Source: an uncultured Acidimicrobiia bacterium (GTDB lineage Bacteria > Actinomycetota > Acidimicrobiia > IMCC26256 > JAENVU01). Taken from it: 64,000 nt of DNA. Position 1 is the first letter of the stretch. Each line of letters starts with the position of its first letter. This document shows, one piece after another, positions 60,113-64,000 of the stretch. The notes beneath the pieces are model-generated. The model ran no database searches and was not told the origin of the DNA. It was given only the letters and a program-made list of their open reading frames with translations. The translations under genes were made by a program, and so were the position numbers. Location: NCBI GenBank assembly GCA_963765075.1, contig CAVXVA010000001.1, forward strand, positions 66,051 to 130,050. The letters run 5' to 3'.

Positions 60113-61186
60113 CTACCGAAGGAAGTCGGGAACGTCGAAGTCGTCGTCGCCGAGTTCGAGATCGGTGTCGTCGTCGGTGCCCCCGAGGGCACGCTCTTCC
60201 TCACGCAACCCGAGGGACGCATCGCGCCGTTCGCCCTCGAAACGATCGAAGCCGGCTGCGATGACCGTGATCCGGACCTCGTCACCGAGTGCGTCGTCGA
60301 TGACGGCGCCGAAGATGATGTTGGCGTCGGGATGCCCGGCCTCGGCGATGATCTCGGCCGCCTCGTTGACCTCGAAGAGTCCGAGATCCGACGGACCCGA
60401 GATGTTGAGCAGAATCCCGCGGGCGCCTTCGATACTCGCTTCGAGGAGTGGGCTCGAGATCGCGGACCGCGCCGCGGCGACGGCGCGGCCGTCGCCAGAG
60501 GAGTATCCGATACCCATCAACGCCGAACCGGCGTTCGTCATGATCATCTTCACGTCGGCGAAGTCGGTGTTGATCAGGCCGGGTGTGGTGATGAGGTCGG
60601 TGATGCCCTGCACCCCTTGGAGCAGCACTTCGTCGGCCATCTTGAACGCGTTGAGCATCGACGTCTTGTCGTCCGAAACCTGGAGCAGGCGGTCGTTCGG
60701 AATGATGATCAGCGTGTCGACCTTTTCCTTCAAGGTCTGGATCCCCTGCTCGGCCTGGACCGAACGGCGACGACCTTCGAAGGTGAACGGTCGGGTCACG
60801 ACACCGATGGTGAGCGCGCCCAACGACTTGGCGACCTCCGCGATGATCGGCGCGCCGCCGGTGCCGGTGCCGCCGCCCTTGCCCGCGGTGATGAACACCA
60901 TGTCGGCGCCGCGCAGCACTTCTTCGATCTCTTCGCGATGGTCCTCGGCGGCCTGCCGACCGACTTCGGGATCCGAGCCGGCGCCGAGCCCCCGCGTCAG
61001 TTCCCGACCGAGGTCGAGTTTGACGTCGGCGTCGCTCATGAGCAGTGCCTGCGCGTCAGTGTTGACCGCAATGAACTCCACGCCCTTGAGCCCGGCGTCG
61101 ATCATGCGGTTGACGGCGTTTCCGCCGCCGCCACCAACGCCGACGACTTTGATGACGGCGAGATAGTTCTGCGGTGCACCCAACAT
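60113..61186 (-). CDS. ftsZ: Cell division GTPase FtsZ
   Basis: ORF 60113..61219 trimmed to ATG 61186 (GGGAG 10 nt upstream). [28 protein letters not shown] matches the actinobacterial FtsZ N-terminus. The tubulin signature [10 protein letters not shown] and the C-terminal [10 protein letters not shown] peptide are present. Confidence 0.95.
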   Translation of the reverse strand: MLGAPQNYLAVIKVVGVGGGGGNAVNRMIDAGLKGVEFIAVNTDAQALLMSDADVKLDLGRELTRGLGAGSDPEVGRQAAEDHREEIEEVLRGADMVFITAGKGGGTGTGGAPIIAEVAKSLGALTIGVVTRPFTFEGRRRSVQAEQGIQTLKEKVDTLIIIPNDRLLQVSDDKTSMLNAFKMADEVLLQGVQGITDLITTPGLINTDFADVKMIMTNAGSALMGIGYSSGDGRAVAAARSAISSPLLEASIEGARGILLNISGPSDLGLFEVNEAAEIIAEAGHPDANIIFGAVIDDALGDEVRITVIAAGFDRFEGERRDASLGLREEERALGGTDDDTDLELGDDDFDVPDFLR

Positions 61187-61341
61187 CGTGGTGAGACTCC
61201 CTACGGTGGGCCCGTGCACGGGCCTGAACTCTTGACCTCCAGTGGAGGTGCAGAGTTATGTCAACCTCTGGTAATGGTCGAGACCCTACTCGACCGACCC
61301 TATTGCGGCAATCACCGTCGCCAACTCATCAGGCGACGGGC

Positions 61342-62166
61342 TCAGCGGGTGACGGGCGCGTTCGGGACCGACACATCGACCGACTCCACTCGGACACCAC
61401 GATTTCGGAGGTCTTCGAGGATGGCGGCCGCCACCCTTCCCTTCTCGGCGGCGGCCTCGAGCGTCCCCAGCCGAATCCGGGTGGCCTCCGGAGGCGACCC
61501 ACGCAACCGAATCGAGGCGTCGCCGTTCACGATCTCGAGCGTCTCGGCGCGGAGCTGGAGCGAACGGGGCAGCGCCGCCAGGGCGGCCATCGCCCGGGGA
61601 GCAGTTCGCCGGCCGGGTTCCACCGGCACGCCCGCGCCGACCACCTGAGTCAGCACCGGTGCCCCGGTGACGGTGCGCAGCACCCGGCCCGTACCGTCGA
61701 CCACCGCGATCGGCCCAGCCGGATCGGCCTGCACCCAGCCGAGCGGCCGGCGTTCGGTCACCGTGACGGTCACCGTGTTCGGGAGCTCGGTGTCGACCCG
61801 GGCCGTCCCGATCTCGGGAATCGCCTCGATCCGGCGCGCCACGGCATCGGTATCGAGAAAGAGCAACGGTTCGCCGGGTTCGATCCGCGCCGCATCGGTC
61901 ACGGTGACGACCGGCACCCCGCGTGCCCCACGCACCGTCACCTGATCGACGCCGAGCAACGACGAGTTCGCGACGACGTATCCAATTCCGAGCAGCGACA
62001 ACCCAATGACGCAACCGACAAAGATCCGCAGTCGCTTCCGACCCTCCGCGCGCCGGGCCGAAATCCACCGATCGCGCATCCGGGGATCAACCGTGCCGTC
62101 GACCTCCATCGCGTCCGGCGCAGGCACGGCGTCGAGATCGGCGTCGAGATCATCGCGAGTGTCCAT
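61342..62166 (-). CDS. ftsQ: Cell division protein FtsQ (POTRA domain)
   Basis: ORF 61342..62187 trimmed to ATG 62166 (1-nt overlap with the murB stop). It has a TM helix (IFVGCVIGLSLLGIGYVV) and a POTRA domain (VDQVTVRGARGVPVVTVTDAARIEPGEPLLFLDTDAVARRIEAIPEI). Confidence 0.85.
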   Translation of the reverse strand: MDTRDDLDADLDAVPAPDAMEVDGTVDPRMRDRWISARRAEGRKRLRIFVGCVIGLSLLGIGYVVANSSLLGVDQVTVRGARGVPVVTVTDAARIEPGEPLLFLDTDAVARRIEAIPEIGTARVDTELPNTVTVTVTERRPLGWVQADPAGPIAVVDGTGRVLRTVTGAPVLTQVVGAGVPVEPGRRTAPRAMAALAALPRSLQLRAETLEIVNGDASIRLRGSPPEATRIRLGTLEAAAEKGRVAAAILEDLRNRGVRVESVDVSVPNAPVTR

Positions 62167-63113
62167 CAGCGGTCGAACCCCACACACTTGACCTCGACGT
62201 CGAGCACGACGCCGGTCGTGGTGGCGACGGTGTCACGCACGAGATCGATCAACCCGCGGACATCCGCGGCCGTCGCCCCTTCGACGGCCTGAATGAAGTT
62301 GGCGTGCTTCTCCGAGACGACCGCACCGCCGAGTCGCGTGCCCGCCAGTCCACAGACCTGGTCGATCAGCCGGCCCGCGGCGTCACCGGGCGGATTCCGG
62401 AACACCGAACCCGCATTGGCGCCACCCGGCTGGTGGATCGACCGCCACTGCACGACATCACGAAGTTCGGCCCGCAACCCTTCGGCCGCATCGCCGGTGA
62501 CGGGTTCCACCCGGAAGGTGGCCTCGAGTACCACCTGCGCCGGCCCGAGCGCCGAGTGCCGGTACCCGAGGCCCAGTTCGTCGACGGTCCACGCTCGGGC
62601 GGTGCCGCCGCGATCGAGGTCGGCGATGGTCGCGCCCGTGATGACGTCCACCGTCTCACATCCGTGCCCGCCCGCATTCATCCGCACCGCGCCACCCACC
62701 GACCCGGGAATGCCGACGAAGAAACCGAGGCCCGACCGGGCGGACGCTGCACACTGGCGCGCCAGCACCGGAAGCGCGGTGGCACCACCCGCCGTGACAT
62801 CGTGTTCGCGCACGTTGATGGTTCCGAACGCGGGGCCGAGGACCATCACCACTCCCGGGAAGCCGGCATCGGCCACCAGGAGATTGGACCCGCGTCCGAG
62901 AACGAGACGACCGACCCCGGGCGGCACGGTGGCCGCGATGACCTCGAGATCGGTCGGCCGCTCGACCCGCACCAAGGCCGCGGCGGGACCGCCGACCCGC
63001 CACGTGGTCAGCGCGCCGAGCGGTGCATCTCGCTGGACCTGGCTGGGCAAGCGGCGCTCCAGTTCGACCCAGACCTCGTCTGCGGGGCTCGCATCGTCGG
63101 ACATCCGGCTCAC
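62166..63113 (-). CDS. murB: UDP-N-acetylenolpyruvoylglucosamine reductase
   Basis: 315-aa ORF with an FAD-binding domain (TTWRVGGPA, LVLGRGSNLLV, GIPGSVGGAVRMNAGGHG) and a C-terminal MurB domain (GSVFRNP, SEKHANFI). Confidence 0.9.
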   Translation of the reverse strand: MSRMSDDASPADEVWVELERRLPSQVQRDAPLGALTTWRVGGPAAALVRVERPTDLEVIAATVPPGVGRLVLGRGSNLLVADAGFPGVVMVLGPAFGTINVREHDVTAGGATALPVLARQCAASARSGLGFFVGIPGSVGGAVRMNAGGHGCETVDVITGATIADLDRGGTARAWTVDELGLGYRHSALGPAQVVLEATFRVEPVTGDAAEGLRAELRDVVQWRSIHQPGGANAGSVFRNPPGDAAGRLIDQVCGLAGTRLGGAVVSEKHANFIQAVEGATAADVRGLIDLVRDTVATTTGVVLDVEVKCVGFDR

Positions 63114-64000
63114 GCCTCCCGAACCGCTCGGGCCAACAGTTCATCGCCCAGGGTGGTGATGTCGCCGCCGCCGAGGGTGAGGATGACGTCACCGGGTCGG
63201 GCGTACGCGGGCACCAGGTCGACCAGTTCCGCTCGGTGCGGAAAGTACGAGAGCGACTGGTCCGGATGCGCGTCGAGGACGCAGCGCACCAGGAGTTCGC
63301 CGGTGACACCCGGGATCGGCGCCTCGTGGAATCCGCACACGTCGGTCAGGATGACGTGGTCGGCACCCACGAACGCGTCGGCGAACTCGGACCACATCAC
63401 CGCGGTCCGGGAATACCGGAACGGCTGGAACACCGCAATCACCCGTCGGTATCCCGCCTCGCGAGCGGCACCGATCGTGCCGCGCACCTCGGGGGGAAGC
63501 AACGCATAATCATCGACGATGGCGACGCCATCGAACTCACCGCGGTGTTGGAACCGGCGGGCGACGCCACCGAAGCGGGCGAGCGCGCGCCGAACGGACT
63601 CGAAGTCACAGCCGAGTTCCATGGTCATCGCCGCGGCGCCGGCGGCGTTCTGCGCGTGGTGACGCCCGATGATCGGCAGTTGCACTTCACCGAGTTCGAC
63701 GCCATCGACGGCCAGGACGAATCGCGAGCCGGTCGGCCCGCCCGAATAGTCGAGCACGCGGTACCGCGCCGACGGATCCTCGCCGTAGGTGACGACCTCG
63801 GGACGGGCTCGCGCCAGACTGGCGAGCATCGGATCATCGACACAGAGCACGACCGGTGCCTGCACTCCGGCGATGAAGGCGACGAAGGCCTCGCGGAGTC
63901 GCTCCATGCTCTCCCAGTACCAGAGATGGTCGTTGTCGACATTGGTGACCAGTGCGCCCTCGAGCGGGAGTTCGAGGAAGGTCCCATCACTCTCGTCCGC
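63110..64000 (-). CDS. murC: UDP-N-acetylmuramate--L-alanine ligase, C-terminal two thirds (5' end beyond the window)
   Basis: The frame is open to the window edge. My translation of 64000..63908 gives ADESDGTFLELPLEGALVTNVDNDHLWYWES, preceding the track ORF (GRHHAQNAAGAAAM, RRFQHRG, VDDYA). Confidence 0.9.
   Translation of the reverse strand, partial: ADESDGTFLELPLEGALVTNVDNDHLWYWESMERLREAFVAFIAGVQAPVVLCVDDPMLASLARARPEVVTYGEDPSARYRVLDYSGGPTGSRFVLAVDGVELGEVQLPIIGRHHAQNAAGAAAMTMELGCDFESVRRALARFGGVARRFQHRGEFDGVAIVDDYALLPPEVRGTIGAAREAGYRRVIAVFQPFRYSRTAVMWSEFADAFVGADHVILTDVCGFHEAPIPGVTGELLVRCVLDAHPDQSLSYFPHRAELVDLVPAYARPGDVILTLGGGDITTLGDELLARAVREA

Noticed and set aside
61236-61264. TTGACA hexamer (minus strand, 61264..61259) as a possible ftsZ -35 element
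   Set aside because: With 16-19 nt spacing, the downstream hexamers (TGGAGG, GGAGGT) do not resemble a -10 element (TANNNT). A promoter call is not supported without TSS data.

Overview
This is a visibly GC-rich actinobacterial core-chromosome window, and almost all genes lie on the minus strand. Gene order is colinear with the Mycobacterium tuberculosis Rv2552c-Rv2614c neighbourhood: aroE-mltG-ruvX-alaS, rarA-aspS-hisS-rel-secF-secD-yajC-ruvB-ruvA-ruvC, yebC-pdxT-pdxS, and pimA-patA-pgsA-HIT-thrS. After that come mshC, F420-dependent enzymes, dnaE, a two-component system, an apbE operon, rluD-lspA-dksA-like and ileS, and the distal cell-division block divIVA-yggT-sepF-yggS-pgeF-ftsZ-ftsQ-murB-murC. 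The window opens with the type IV pilus ATPases pilT and pilB. I saw no rRNA, tRNA, CRISPR array, transposase or prophage genes. Points of interest: (1) A Bcp-type peroxiredoxin has a single in-frame TGA exactly on the peroxidatic Cys codon, followed by a SECIS-like hairpin, so it is a candidate selenoprotein. It heads an inserted module of CoxS, CoxM, MocA-like and CoxG-like genes that has no large subunit. (2) At least 12 housekeeping genes, including alaS and thrS, need +/-1 nt corrections. The breaks are concentrated at 29-37.7 kb, where a membrane sulfatase-like gene is shattered across all three frames. Assembly indels and real gene decay cannot be told apart from this sequence alone. 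(3) An apbE plus ferric-reductase-like operon has two low-complexity exported proteins and no recognisable flavinylation acceptor. (4) A DksA/TraR zinc-finger protein carries a long Lys/Ala-rich histone-H1-like N-terminus. (5) Two tandem 72-nt hairpin-forming repeats lie immediately 3' of dnaE. All coordinates of frame breaks are approximate because they were located by eye.
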